A stretch of 64,000 nucleotides of DNA from Bacteroidota bacterium (GTDB lineage Bacteria; Bacteroidota; Bacteroidia; NS11-12g; UBA9320), in contig JABIUV010000014.1 in the NCBI GenBank assembly GCA_018700895.1, forward strand, positions 49,086 through 113,085, in the 5' to 3' direction. Each line of letters begins with the position of its first letter. Within the stretch, counting starts at the first letter, position 1. Both the position numbers and the translations under genes were made by a program. Positions 20,322 to 31,332 of this stretch are shown here, one piece after another. A model generated the notes under the pieces. That model ran no database searches. It was not told the origin of the DNA and saw nothing but the letters and a program-made list of their open reading frames with translations.

Positions 20322-21626
20322 CTACAAACGCGTAATACGTGCTCCTATTGCATTTAGTCTATGCTCTATATCTTGATAGCCTCTATCTATTTGCTCTATG
20401 TTATGAATGGTACTAGTCCCTTCGGCACTCATGGCCGCGAGTAGGAGAGATACGCCGGCTCGTATATCGGGAGACGACATAGTAGTAGCCTTAAGCGGCA
20501 CCCTACGGTCTAGTCCCATTACGGTGGCTCTGTGTGGGTCGCAAAGGATGATCTGTGCTCCCATTTCTATCAGATTGTCTACAAAGAATAATCGGCTTTC
20601 GAACATTTTTTGATGTATGAGTACGTTACCTTTGGCTTGTGTACACATTACAAGTATCACGCTGAGTAAGTCAGGAGATAATCCTGGCCAAGTGGCATCT
20701 GAGATAGTCATCATACTACCGTCTATGAAATTGTCTATCTCATAGTGTTTGTTTTCAGGTATTATGATATCGTCGTCTTTGATTACAAACTGTACACCTA
20801 GTTTCTTAAATACCTTTGGAATAATACCGAGTTGGTCTACTCTGCAATTTTCAATGGTAATTTCAGATTGGGTAAGAGCGGCCATGGCTATGAACGAACC
20901 GATTTCTATCATATCGGGGAGTATGGTATGCGTACATCCGCCTAGTTCGTTTACGCCTTCTATGGTGAGTAGGTTACTGCCTATGCCTTGTATTTTGCCA
21001 CCCATAGAGTTTATCATCTTACATAGTTGTTGTAAGTAGGGTTCGCAAGCGGCATTATATATGGTGGTAGTCCCTTTTGCCATTACTGCAGCCATAAGTA
21101 TATTAGCAGTGCCCGTTACTGAAGCTTCTTCTAGTAGCATATAACTACCTCTTAGGTTATTGCCTTCTACTTTATAGAACCCTGTGTCTTTGTTGTATGT
21201 AAACTCAGCTCCCAAATTCTCAAAACCGATGAAGTGAGTATCTAATCTACGTCTACCTATTTTGTCACCACCAGGGCTAGGAATATATCCTATACCAAAT
21301 CGTGCCAAAAGTGGTCCGATAATCATGATAGAACCGCGTATAGCAGCTCCTTTTGTTCTGAATTCTTCGGTATGAAAATAATCAAGATTAATTTCGTCAG
21401 ATTTAAACGTATAACGGCCTTTGCCTAGTTTATTTACCTTTACTCCTAGACCTTTGAGCAGCTCGATCATACGCAGTATATCGCGTATCTCGGGTATATT
21501 CTTTAGTTCTACCTCCTCGGCTGTAAGCAATACCGCAGCTAGAATTTGCAGAGCTTCATTTTTTGCCCCTTGTGGTGTGAGCGTGCCTTTTAGTTTGTGT
21601 CCACCTTCTATCTTAAACGTTCCCAT
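20322..21626 (-). CDS. murA: UDP-N-acetylglucosamine 1-carboxyvinyltransferase
   Basis: GAKNEAL, PGGDKIGRRRLDTH, SPDIRAG, IDRGY. Confidence 0.96.
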   Translation of the reverse strand: MGTFKIEGGHKLKGTLTPQGAKNEALQILAAVLLTAEEVELKNIPEIRDILRMIELLKGLGVKVNKLGKGRYTFKSDEINLDYFHTEEFRTKGAAIRGSIMIIGPLLARFGIGYIPSPGGDKIGRRRLDTHFIGFENLGAEFTYNKDTGFYKVEGNNLRGSYMLLEEASVTGTANILMAAVMAKGTTTIYNAACEPYLQQLCKMINSMGGKIQGIGSNLLTIEGVNELGGCTHTILPDMIEIGSFIAMAALTQSEITIENCRVDQLGIIPKVFKKLGVQFVIKDDDIIIPENKHYEIDNFIDGSMMTISDATWPGLSPDLLSVILVMCTQAKGNVLIHQKMFESRLFFVDNLIEMGAQIILCDPHRATVMGLDRRVPLKATTMSSPDIRAGVSLLLAAMSAEGTSTIHNIEQIDRGYQDIEHRLNAIGARITRL

Positions 21627-22259
21627 TTATCTACGTTTTACAAATTTATTCTTCTTTTTATTCTTGTTGTTTCGCCCGTTGTTATTTCGGTTGTTTGGTC
21701 TGCGAGTTCGTGCTTCGTGATGTATGTCGAGCGAATCAGCTACAACTTGAAGCTTGCCATTTGATAAGTCTGCAAGATGTTGCACAATTTGTGTTGGAGT
21801 AAGTTCTTCATCATTCCAATTTTTACTAGAGTTAACCATAAAGGAGGCAATGTAATTGATGTACATTGTTTTAATTTCACCTTCTTCCATTTCGCCTGCT
21901 CCGGCTATCATATCAAGGAGGTTACGGCCATAGTAGCGGTACCTGCTTAGCACGCCTTTGTAGCCTAGGTGCTCTGGTTTGGTCTTCTTAAGATCGGGAG
22001 TCGGTTTAGGAAAATCATTGTCTATATCCAGTTCGTAATTGGCAATTTCGTGTAGGTGATCCCATACCGTCTGCTGGTAGTCTGTTTGATCTTTTATTTC
22101 AGGATTAAGATTTAACATCACCTGAAAAACAGTGTGAGCTAAGACATTTCTTTTTTCTCTGTCTTGCTCAAGTTTCAGATGTTCTATCATTTCTTGCACG
22201 CCTCTACCGTATTCGGTGAGTTTTATCTGTTCTTGCTGCGTGTTATAAGTTAATTCCAT
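21627..22259 (-). CDS. DUF4290-family protein
   Basis: YNT..KLTEYGRGVQEMI, WDHL, YRYYGRN; upstream of murA as typical in Bacteroidota. Confidence 0.8.
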   Translation of the reverse strand: MELTYNTQQEQIKLTEYGRGVQEMIEHLKLEQDREKRNVLAHTVFQVMLNLNPEIKDQTDYQQTVWDHLHEIANYELDIDNDFPKPTPDLKKTKPEHLGYKGVLSRYRYYGRNLLDMIAGAGEMEEGEIKTMYINYIASFMVNSSKNWNDEELTPTQIVQHLADLSNGKLQVVADSLDIHHEARTRRPNNRNNNGRNNKNKKKNKFVKRR

Positions 22260-22364
22260 TTGCATAGCAAATATATGGAGTCATTAACAAGTTAGGAGGA
22301 ATGGGCAGAGTTGTTTTCCACTATGCACTTTATTTAGAGGGTTTTTTTGTGCATTTTGACACAC

Positions 22365-23807
22365 CTAGTACTTAATACATACGTTCTTGGGTTCTGTAAA
22401 GAAATTCAAAGCCTCCCATCCACCTTCACGGCCTACGCCGCTATTCTTCATCCCGCCAAAAGGTGTTCTCAAGTCCCTAAGTAACCAGCAGTTTATCCAG
22501 ACTATGCCACTTTTTATGCCATCTGCCATTCGGTGAGCTTTGTTAAGGTCGGTAGTCCAAACCGTAGCCGCTAGTCCATACATAGTGCTGTTTGCTAGCT
22601 TTAGTGCCTCTTCTTCTGTATCAAAGGCTTGAATTGTTACCACGGGGCCGAATATTTCCTCTTGATTTGTCCTGCATTGCTGGTCAAGACCTTCTATAAT
22701 AGTTGGTGCAATGTACCACCCATCTTTATTTTCCCCGTCTAGGTTTACGGCTTCTCCACCCGTTAGTATTTTGCCGCCTTCTTCTTTGGCTATGCTGATA
22801 TAGCTGAGTACTTTGTCGTAATGAGGCTTACTTACTATAGCTCCTAGTCTGCTATCATCTTGCATTGGGTTGCCCACTTTCATTTTGCCCACTTCTGCTG
22901 CAAAGGCAGTCTTAAATCGTTCATAAATGCCGCGTTGCACCAGTATGCGAGATCCGCACAGGCAGATTTGACCTTGATTTGCAAATGAACTGTTGAGTGT
23001 AGTTTTGAGCATTTTATCAAAATCGCAGTCATCAAAAATGATGTTTGGATTTTTACCTCCTAATTCTAAACTCATTTTCTTGAATTTTGGAGCTACTATT
23101 TTTGCTATATGTGCACCAGTAGATGTTCCGCCAGTAAATGATACTAAGTCGATATCGTCGTGAGATATAAGAGCGTTACCAGCAGATATTCCTAAACCGT
23201 GTACTACGTTTAGTACTCCCGCAGGTAGATTAATCTCTTCACATATCTGGGTCAATAGAAAGGCCGTCATAGGGGTGATTTCACTGGGCTTAGCTACTAC
23301 GGTATTCCCCGCTGCCAACGCTGGGGCGATTTTCCACGTGAATAAGTATAGGGGTAAATTCCACGGAGAGATACAGGCCGCCACTCCCACAGGTTTACGA
23401 AGCGTATAGTTGATTACACCTTGGGCTGTATGATGGCTCTCAGAGGCATAATGTAATATAGCCGTACTATAAAACTTAAAATTATCTACTGCCCGTGGAA
23501 TATCTACAGACTTGGCGAGCCACAAAGGTTTACCATTATCTATACTTTCGGCAAGAGCAAGCTCATCGAGTTTTGCTTTTATACCACTGCTTATCTTCTC
23601 AAGCCACTTGGAGCGTTGTATGTTACTCAGATTAGACCAAGATGGGAGCGCTTTTCTTGCGGCATCTACAGCCAACTGCACGTCGTCACCTGTGCTGTCC
23701 GGGATGTATGAATAAACCTTGCCGGTTGCAGGGTTGTAATTGTCTAAATATTGGTTATTAATCGGGGAGACGAGTTTGCCGTCTATATAGTTGGCTATAT
23801 GAATCAT
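22365..23807 (-). CDS. Aldehyde dehydrogenase, 2-aminomuconate/2-hydroxymuconate semialdehyde dehydrogenase (ALDH8-like)
   Basis: ISPWNLPLYLFTWKIAPAL, ELGGKN, NQGQICLCGSR, WINCWLLRDLRTPFGG. Confidence 0.85.
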   Translation of the reverse strand: MIHIANYIDGKLVSPINNQYLDNYNPATGKVYSYIPDSTGDDVQLAVDAARKALPSWSNLSNIQRSKWLEKISSGIKAKLDELALAESIDNGKPLWLAKSVDIPRAVDNFKFYSTAILHYASESHHTAQGVINYTLRKPVGVAACISPWNLPLYLFTWKIAPALAAGNTVVAKPSEITPMTAFLLTQICEEINLPAGVLNVVHGLGISAGNALISHDDIDLVSFTGGTSTGAHIAKIVAPKFKKMSLELGGKNPNIIFDDCDFDKMLKTTLNSSFANQGQICLCGSRILVQRGIYERFKTAFAAEVGKMKVGNPMQDDSRLGAIVSKPHYDKVLSYISIAKEEGGKILTGGEAVNLDGENKDGWYIAPTIIEGLDQQCRTNQEEIFGPVVTIQAFDTEEEALKLANSTMYGLAATVWTTDLNKAHRMADGIKSGIVWINCWLLRDLRTPFGGMKNSGVGREGGWEALNFFTEPKNVCIKY

Positions 23808-24047
23808 AAATGGTGAGGGCAAAAATAATCAAGCAGCAGTTATAGTGCGTCCTTGATGAACCTACTTTATTAGGTTTGGTAACATAGCGGAGAAGTTCTT
23901 GTGGGTTTTTATTAGGGATGGTGAGGTGAAATTCGTTGAGTTGACACGAAACCATTACAGGCCCCTAGGGTAGTTGCTTGAGGCGGAAAGAACGAAGTGA
24001 GCACCACCGAATAGCCCCGCAGTGCATTAAATAATGGAGGAAGCGAC

Positions 24048-25271
24048 CTATGGGAGTATTTTGCCAGAGCACTCCCCAAAACCTACACGTTTGCCATCTT
24101 TTTCGCACCACGCTCGTATGGTAATGGTATCTCCGTCGTCTATAAATGTTCGTGTCTTACCATTATTGAGCTCTATGGTCTCTTTGCCGCCCCAGCTTAG
24201 CTCTAGCATACTACCGAAGCTGCCTTTCTCTTTGCCAGAGATAGTACCGCTGGCCATCATATCACCGACATTTAAATTGCAGCCATTTACCGTATGGTGG
24301 GTGAGTTGTTGAGCCATATTCCAATACATATACTTGAAATTACTTTCGGCTATTGTGGTTTCTTCGTCTCCTTCAGGAGTAAGGCCTACTTCCAGATTGA
24401 TGTCAAAGTTTTTATTTCCAGAATATTGCAAATAGGGTAATACTTCAGGATCTTGTTTTACACTTTCACAGCGGAATGGTTCCAATGCCTCCATGGTTAC
24501 TATCCAGGGCGATATAGATGAACCAAAGTTTTTACCTAAAAATGGACCCAGTGGAACGTACTCCCACTTCTGAATATCGCGAGCACTCCAGTCGTTAAAT
24601 ACAACTTTACCAAAAATGTGATCTTCAGCATTATCAATATCTACGGGTTCTCCTAAAGCATTGGGCTTTCCTATGATGAAAGCCATCTCCAGTTCGAGGT
24701 CCATACGCTTACTCTTGCCAAATATAGGTGCTGTCGCATCGGGAGGCATCATTTGACCACTAGGGCGAGTGATGGGCGTACCGCTTACTACTATGCTGCT
24801 TGCTCTGCCATGATAACCTACGGGAATGTGTTTCCAGTTGGGCAGTAGCGGATTATCTGGTCTAAACATTTTACCTACATTGGTGGCGTGCTCTATACTG
24901 CTATAAAAATCGGTGTAATCACCCACTTTTACAGGCATACACATTTTGGCACCTAGTCTGTTTACGATTACCTTTTCTCTGAACTCATACAACGTCCCTA
25001 CTACCGTAAGCTGAGCGGTAAGATAAGCCCGCAACGCACTCCAAGCTGATTTGCCGCAGGCGATAAAATCGTTCAGTACATCACTTTCGAATACCGAAGT
25101 TTCAAAACCTAGGTCGGCAAACAATCCAACCTTTGCACAAGCATTGAGGTCAATAATACTATCACCAATAGCTACGCCAGGTGTTAGTTTGTCGTCTCTC
25201 AAAAAAACGCCATAAGGAAGGTTATATATACTAAAATCAGAATTCGTAGGTACGTCTATCCAGGTATTCAT
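24048..25271 (-). CDS. fahA: Fumarylacetoacetase
   Basis: DYTDFYSSIEHATNVG, GYHGRASS, NDWSARDIQKWEYVPLGPF. Confidence 0.95.
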   Translation of the reverse strand: MNTWIDVPTNSDFSIYNLPYGVFLRDDKLTPGVAIGDSIIDLNACAKVGLFADLGFETSVFESDVLNDFIACGKSAWSALRAYLTAQLTVVGTLYEFREKVIVNRLGAKMCMPVKVGDYTDFYSSIEHATNVGKMFRPDNPLLPNWKHIPVGYHGRASSIVVSGTPITRPSGQMMPPDATAPIFGKSKRMDLELEMAFIIGKPNALGEPVDIDNAEDHIFGKVVFNDWSARDIQKWEYVPLGPFLGKNFGSSISPWIVTMEALEPFRCESVKQDPEVLPYLQYSGNKNFDINLEVGLTPEGDEETTIAESNFKYMYWNMAQQLTHHTVNGCNLNVGDMMASGTISGKEKGSFGSMLELSWGGKETIELNNGKTRTFIDDGDTITIRAWCEKDGKRVGFGECSGKILP

Positions 25272-25482
25272 TTTATACTTCTATTTATTAAGGCCGAAGG
25301 TAAGAAAGCATTTTATATTATTTGTGCATCGTTTCGTATATCGTTATTATGCCAGAGGTCGAGACGTTATATTAATCTGTTATTGTAAGTTATGAAGTGT
25401 CTGTTTTATTGTAGCTTATGTATGTATAGTTTGTGTTTGAATGGATATGTAACCAAATAGCACTATAGCACGTATCGCGAGT

Positions 25483-25950
25483 ATGAAAATATTTAGTTTA
25501 CTTCTTTTGATAATCGTGTCTACAGGACTACAAGCTCAAACCAATAAATATGTTATTCTGAAACATCGCGATAAACCACAAGAGGTAGCCATAGCACAGG
25601 GTGAATATGTGGTAGTTACTACCTTTAAAGGGGAGAAAATAAAAGGGCAAATGGAGGTGCTGAGTGAGACCTTAATACGCGTAAAACACAAGATAGTGCC
25701 ACTTACAAGTATACAAAAATTTGGAAGACGAAATCAGCGGGTGTTCCAGTTGGCAAGTATGTTGGTTTCTACCGGGATGAATATCACACTCTTTGGCTTG
25801 AGCGATAATTTAAGGCACGGATGGGATGTGCCTAGTAATAACTACAAGGCGGGTTTACCTATGCTTGCTGTTGGCATTCCGCTTATGATTTTTACTTATA
25901 AAAGAACAAGTAAACGATGGACGTACGAGGGTACAGTGGGGAAGTGGTAG
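25483..25950 (+). CDS. Hypothetical exported/membrane protein
   Basis: Signal peptide and two hydrophobic segments. Confidence 0.65.
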   Translation: MKIFSLLLLIIVSTGLQAQTNKYVILKHRDKPQEVAIAQGEYVVVTTFKGEKIKGQMEVLSETLIRVKHKIVPLTSIQKFGRRNQRVFQLASMLVSTGMNITLFGLSDNLRHGWDVPSNNYKAGLPMLAVGIPLMIFTYKRTSKRWTYEGTVGKW

Positions 25951-26024
25951 TCGTTCTCGGCTGCTAAGTCCGATGATCTATGGTTATCACGTGTATAGCA
26001 AACAAAGTCATTTTACTTTATGCT

Positions 26025-26659
26025 TCATATAGCGGGTCTAGTGCTCAACACATTTCTCTGTACTTTGCCTGTCTTTATTCGGTACACAGGAATCTTTATA
26101 CCATAATGCTTACAAAGTCTAACTAACTCGGCATCTATCAGCTCTTGAGAGTACCGGAGTGAGAAGTCTCCAAGGATAAGTTTTTGTACCTTGATATTGG
26201 CTGCCATCTCCAGCACCTCTTCTAGACTACTGTGTTTGTTTCTTGCAATTCAATACCTTGTAACTTATACTTTTATGTGCTCCTTGCTGTGCCTTTTTAT
26301 GCTCACTTACGCACGGCATCCACCTTCAGGTCATTTCTCTGATATATACTTTCCCCATCGACAACTGGTAACCAGTCTTTTCGAGGTTTGTCTGGGCCAA
26401 TTTTTTTGGAGAACTCCTCCAATGCCGGGAATGAACCTGCATACCTTGGGTAGAAAATCTGCATCTTATCGTTTAGTGGATTTATAGCACTCAAGTGGTC
26501 TCTGTTTGCGTGAGATATAAAGGCATATTTTATTCTACCCATTTTTTGGTTGAGGCTAGCTACTAATCCATCTCCTGCATCAAACAGAATGCCCAGTTCC
26601 ACTATAAGATACCGCGTAGAAAAAAGAGCTATACTATAGCCAGTTATTGTTAGATTTAT
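26025..26659 (-). pseudogene. RNase Z-like metallo-beta-lactamase pseudogene
   Basis: (I)NLTITGYSIALFST..LFDAGDG..FISHANRDH; C-terminal ILGDFSLRYS in another frame; start reads ATA, frame breaks present. Confidence 0.75.
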
Positions 26660-26774
26660 CACTACAAAATTATTGCTTTTATAGCTAAAAGAAGGGAGAT
26701 GTAAATGAAGAATGCGAACGTGCATTTTGTACTTGGCTTTACGATGATTTTTTTAATCCCGTAGGGATGATATA

Positions 26775-28076
26775 TTATTTAGCCGCCGCCATCAAGGCCT
26801 CTATTTCCTCTACCTCAATAGGCATCCCTGCCTCATCCATCATGTCTACAGGGCCATTGTCGGTAATAAGTATTTGATTTTCTATACGAACACCTATTCC
26901 TTCTTCAGTAATGTAAATGCCTGGCTCACAGCTAAATACCATTCCAGCTTGCATTGGCTCGTATCGCATACCGCTATCGTGTACGTCTATACCTAAGAAG
27001 TGACTCGTGCCGTGCATAAAATATTTTTTCACTGCAGGCCATTTGGGGTCTTGATTTTTTACATCTTCTTGTGTGAGTAACCCAAGGCTTATGAGCTCCT
27101 CTGTCATTAGTCCTTCTACCTCTTTTTGGTACTCCATCAGCATTGTACCCGGTACTAGCTTTTTGCGAGCAGCCTTCATTACACGGAGTACGGCGTTGTA
27201 CACATCTTTTTGTCTTGGAGAGAACTTGCCATTGGCAGGCAAACAACGGGTCATGTCGCTCGCATAGTTGGCGTAATCTACTCCGCAATCTACTAGAATA
27301 AGGTCTCCATCTTTCACTTCGTCTTTATTCTCAATATAGTGAAGCGTGCATGCATTTTTACCGGTGGCTACTATCGGCTCAAAACTAAATCCAGTGGCTC
27401 TGTTGCTCAAGAAGGTATGAGCCAGATTAGCCTCTATCTCGTATTCGCCCATTCCTGGTTTTGTCGTTTCTAAGATGCGTAAAAGCCCTTTTTTAGAGAT
27501 CTGTACTGCTTCACGCATTACCTCTAGTTCTAGTTCAGTCTTAGTGCCTCGAAGTCTGTTTAGTATTTTACCAGCACGCTTGTAGGTATGCATTGGGTAT
27601 AAGTCCATCATCTCCTTAGCAAAGTCTATTGCCTTAGTCGGTGATTTTGGATTGAATCGATCATTTTCGTTTAGTGGCAGGTATACGTTGTCCGCCATGT
27701 TGATTACTTGGCGAAGCTGCTGCATGTAATCATTGTTCCAAAATATGGATGCTATACCACTCGTAGCGGTAGCATCTTCCTTAGTGTATTTGTATCCATC
27801 CCATACCGCTATTTTTTCATTGGTTTCTACCAAAAATAGGCATTCTTGATACGCGGTTATAGGACAATCCGGGAAAAGAACTAAAACGGAGTCTTCCTGA
27901 TCTATACCGCTGGCCCAAAACATATCTGAGTTTTGTTTGAATTTATAAACCGCATCCGCATTCCAAGTGTATTGATAATTACTATGAAATATAGCGATAC
28001 TATTAGGCTCCATTTCGGCAACGAAACGTTTTCTGTTTTCTATAAAAATCTCCTTATTCAGTCTTGGGTACTTCAT
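26775..28076 (-). CDS. pepP: Xaa-Pro aminopeptidase (M24B)
   Basis: FKQNSD, LHY, YASDMTR, HGTSHFLGIDVHD, EPGIY..GVRIE. Confidence 0.9.
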   Translation of the reverse strand: MKYPRLNKEIFIENRKRFVAEMEPNSIAIFHSNYQYTWNADAVYKFKQNSDMFWASGIDQEDSVLVLFPDCPITAYQECLFLVETNEKIAVWDGYKYTKEDATATSGIASIFWNNDYMQQLRQVINMADNVYLPLNENDRFNPKSPTKAIDFAKEMMDLYPMHTYKRAGKILNRLRGTKTELELEVMREAVQISKKGLLRILETTKPGMGEYEIEANLAHTFLSNRATGFSFEPIVATGKNACTLHYIENKDEVKDGDLILVDCGVDYANYASDMTRCLPANGKFSPRQKDVYNAVLRVMKAARKKLVPGTMLMEYQKEVEGLMTEELISLGLLTQEDVKNQDPKWPAVKKYFMHGTSHFLGIDVHDSGMRYEPMQAGMVFSCEPGIYITEEGIGVRIENQILITDNGPVDMMDEAGMPIEVEEIEALMAAAK

Positions 28077-28142
28077 TACTGGCAAAGCTACTGATTTGCG
28101 TTGACTAGTGAAGAGGAAGAAGAGAAAAGATAAAGAGTGATT

Positions 28143-29268
28143 TTATAAAACCTCAAACTTAATAGGGATTCTCATCTTCATGTCTACTGGAAACCCGTCT
28201 TGCATTGCAGGTTGCCATAGACGAGATGTAGATTTGATGACTCTCATTGCCTCAAGCATTAAATCTTCGTCTGGGTTTCCTGTAGTTTCTAAATTTTCAA
28301 TCTCACCAATAGAATTTACGACAAATATTACTTGTACTATTCCTTGTCTGCGTGCTTTTAATGATTCGACGGATATTTTATCTGGGTGTCTATAAATATC
28401 CATAGTCGCTTCTCACCACCTATGAATTTTGCTGGTTTCGGCATGTCTGAATACCTATCATGTTGTCCCCTGCAGGGATAGTACGATTCCTTTGGTTCTT
28501 CTTCAGCTCCGTTTACAAACTCTTGAAAGTACGCGGTATCTCCATTTTCACAAAAGACTACAAGCGGACCATCTTTTTCGCCGAGAGAATCAAATGATTT
28601 GATTCACATAATCTTACCATTTGGATGAAAGGAAGTATGAGTACCGCAGGTAATCCGTCTTTGAAAAAAGTTAATGCTTTAATAGTACGAGTATTCCAAG
28701 CCCACTTTCCCGTTTTTATCCTTTAAAGGCTTTTCCAATAAGAACTCTTTTGGGAGAGTAGTAATAATACGTAGTATCTCCAAAAGTTTCATATGTAATT
28801 CCGTTATCTTCAAAAGTGGTTGTGATATCTTCTTCTGATAAAAGTACAAAATTAACAGATGTAAAGTCGATTATTTTTGGTTTAAAATAGGAGGTGTCTC
28901 CTTGTTCATCGAAATGCACTAGTATCTCACAGCCATCTTTAATTCCTTTCACGCTATCCAAGTGACCTTTGGTGTAATATTCGGAAAATTTGTTTCGACT
29001 TATGTCGTATTCCCAGTCGCCATCTTTTGATCCGAAATAGTAGGTGCCTATAATTTCCTTCTTGTATTTTGAATAGACATACCCTCCGTATCTTTTGCCT
29101 TTGTCTTTGCCACGTTCGATTATAGAGAATTCTTCTTTAGAATAAACCTCCCCCTTCCAATTTTTTAAGCACAACTGGTTTAAGCTTTTGACTGAAAGCA
29201 TCTGGCACAAAGGACACGCTGATAAAAAATAGAAGATAGTAAATTCTCACACCACGAATATCTTTCAT
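28143..29268 (-). pseudogene. Fragmented exported protein with YwqK/MORN-like repeats and a TonB C-terminal domain
   Basis: Signal peptide from ATG 29268, KDGDWEY and FHPNGK repeats, FIGG..YP..QGIVQVIFVVNSIGEI..WQPAMQDG; split over several frames. Confidence 0.7.
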
Positions 29269-29350
29269 TTTACCCATTAACACAACCTTTCACCTTTCTT
29301 CTTTTAGCCTTTGGCTCAATTACCTACCTTCGCAATCCAACGATTATCAG

Positions 29351-30892
29351 ATGGCAAAAACAACACAAGAATTATTAACCTCTCTTGGCATCAAGGCAAG
29401 GAACGAAAGTATTTGTACGGGCCGCGAGTGGGTGACTTCGCTAGGTACAGAAACTGTAGAAGTACACACGCCAGTTACAGGTGAAAAACTAGGTGAAGCT
29501 GTATATGCTAGCGAAAGCGAGTATGAACACGTAATCAAAAAAGCACAAGAGGCTGCGGCTCATTGGAAAACAGTTCCTGCTCCTCAGCGTGGTGATATTG
29601 TGCGTCAGTATGGCGAAAAACTGCGTCTTCGAAAGAATGACCTGGGTAAGCTAGTAAGCTTAGAAATGGGCAAAAGCTACCAAGAGGGACTCGGGGAGGT
29701 GCAGGAGATGATTGATATCTGCGATTTTGCGGTAGGATTGAGCCGTCAGTTATATGGTCTAACGATGCACAGTGAGCGGCCAGAACACCGCATGTACGAG
29801 CAATGGCATCCTGTAGGATTGGTAGGCGTAATATCGGCATTTAACTTTCCTGTAGCCGTATGGGCATGGAACAGTATGATAGCCGCAGTATGTGGTGATG
29901 TAACGATATGGAAACCAAGTGAAAAAACTCCGCTAACGGCTATAGCTTGTCATCAGCTAATGCAGGAAGTTATTATTGAGAATGAATTGCCTGAGGGATT
30001 ATTCAATCTCGTAATTGGCGATTACAAAATAGGAGAGGCCATGGCCAAGGATAAACGTGTGCCACTTATTAGTGCTACGGGTAGCACAAGAATGGGTCGT
30101 AGAGTAAGTCAAGTAGTAGGAGCTAGATTAGGTAAATCTTTACTCGAGCTAGGTGGTAATAATGCAATTATTATCACACCTAATGCCAATGTGGAGAACG
30201 CCTTGGTCGCCGCTGTATTTGGAGCGGTGGGTACTGCTGGTCAGCGTTGTACAAGTACACGTAGAGTACTGATACACGAATCTATTTTTGAGTCATTCAA
30301 AAATAAAATGGTAAATGCCTATGGCCAGTTACAAATAGGAGATCCGCTAAATGAGACTAATCACGTAGGGCCGCTTATAGATACTGATGCAGTAAATTCT
30401 TTCATAAATGCGGTGAAAGCTGTGGAAGACGAAGGCGGCCAAATACTGGTAGGTGGTGAAGTTTTGAGTGGCAAAGGCTACGAAAGCGGTTGCTATGTAA
30501 GACCTTGTATTGCAGAGGCTCGTAATCATTTTGAGATTGTACAAGAAGAAACATTTGCACCTATCGTATATTTGATTCCATATAAGACCTTGGACGAGGC
30601 TATTTTGATGCAAAACGATGTAAAGCAAGGCTTAAGTTCTGCAATATTTACAGACAATTTGCTGGAGGCAGAGAAATTCCTGAGTGCCGCCGGGAGCGAT
30701 TGCGGTATTGCGAATGTGAACATAGGTACGAGTGGTGCTGAGATAGGTGGAGCCTTCGGCGGAGAGAAAGAAACGGGCGGAGGACGCGAGAGTGGATCGG
30801 ATGCTTGGAAGGTTTATATGCGTAGACAAACCAATACGATCAATTACGGTAAGACATTACCGCTAGCTCAAGGCATTAAATTTGAGTTGTAG
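29351..30892 (+). CDS. ALDH7 family, probable L-piperideine-6-carboxylate dehydrogenase
   Basis: GLGEVQEMIDICDFAVGLSRQL, GTAGQRCTS, GGEKETGGGRESGSD. Confidence 0.9.
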   Translation: MAKTTQELLTSLGIKARNESICTGREWVTSLGTETVEVHTPVTGEKLGEAVYASESEYEHVIKKAQEAAAHWKTVPAPQRGDIVRQYGEKLRLRKNDLGKLVSLEMGKSYQEGLGEVQEMIDICDFAVGLSRQLYGLTMHSERPEHRMYEQWHPVGLVGVISAFNFPVAVWAWNSMIAAVCGDVTIWKPSEKTPLTAIACHQLMQEVIIENELPEGLFNLVIGDYKIGEAMAKDKRVPLISATGSTRMGRRVSQVVGARLGKSLLELGGNNAIIITPNANVENALVAAVFGAVGTAGQRCTSTRRVLIHESIFESFKNKMVNAYGQLQIGDPLNETNHVGPLIDTDAVNSFINAVKAVEDEGGQILVGGEVLSGKGYESGCYVRPCIAEARNHFEIVQEETFAPIVYLIPYKTLDEAILMQNDVKQGLSSAIFTDNLLEAEKFLSAAGSDCGIANVNIGTSGAEIGGAFGGEKETGGGRESGSDAWKVYMRRQTNTINYGKTLPLAQGIKFEL

Positions 30893-30912
30893 CATAGATA
30901 CAGAATGAATAC

Positions 30913-30953
30913 ATAAAAATGCCTGCTAAGATTATCCTAGCAGGCATTTTTAT
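30913..30953. terminator. Bidirectional intrinsic terminator
   Basis: ataaaaatgcctgcta...tagcaggcatttttat between convergent genes. Confidence 0.88.
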
Positions 30954-30976
30954 AATTGCATTAATGCCCTGAGGCC

Positions 30977-31330
30977 CTAAGAAGTAATGTCCCAATACTG
31001 ATAGAGCTTGTTGATAAGCCAATCTTCATTATGATCTATTTTTTCGTCAGCACCTTGTAGCTTCAGTGCAAAGTTGATAAGCTCAAGCCTTTCTGTTTCA
31101 TTAGAGTCAGCATAAAAATCTTCGGCACATTGTTGTAACAAGATCGGGTAATCTTCCATTGCTGTTTTGCTCAGGTCTTCCGTAGCATCTTCTAAATTGC
31201 CTCCCAAAGGAAAATGTTGAATAACATACTCTACTATGACTTTGCCTTCTTTTGGGTCAAAATCTCCATCTATCTGTGCAAGTATATTTAGAATCAGATA
31301 GCCTGCTACATCCTTATTCTTTCGTTTCAT
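30977..31330 (-). CDS. TerB-family protein
   Basis: ILAQIDGDFDPKE ... ADEKIDHNE. Confidence 0.75.
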   Translation of the reverse strand: MKRKNKDVAGYLILNILAQIDGDFDPKEGKVIVEYVIQHFPLGGNLEDATEDLSKTAMEDYPILLQQCAEDFYADSNETERLELINFALKLQGADEKIDHNEDWLINKLYQYWDITS

Positions 31331-31332
31331 TA

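Noticed and set aside
23966..23985. GGGTAGTTGCTTGAG resembles part of RNase P RNA
   Set aside because: No GAGGAAAGTCC or ACAGAA..CGGCTTA conserved elements, and too little room for rnpB.
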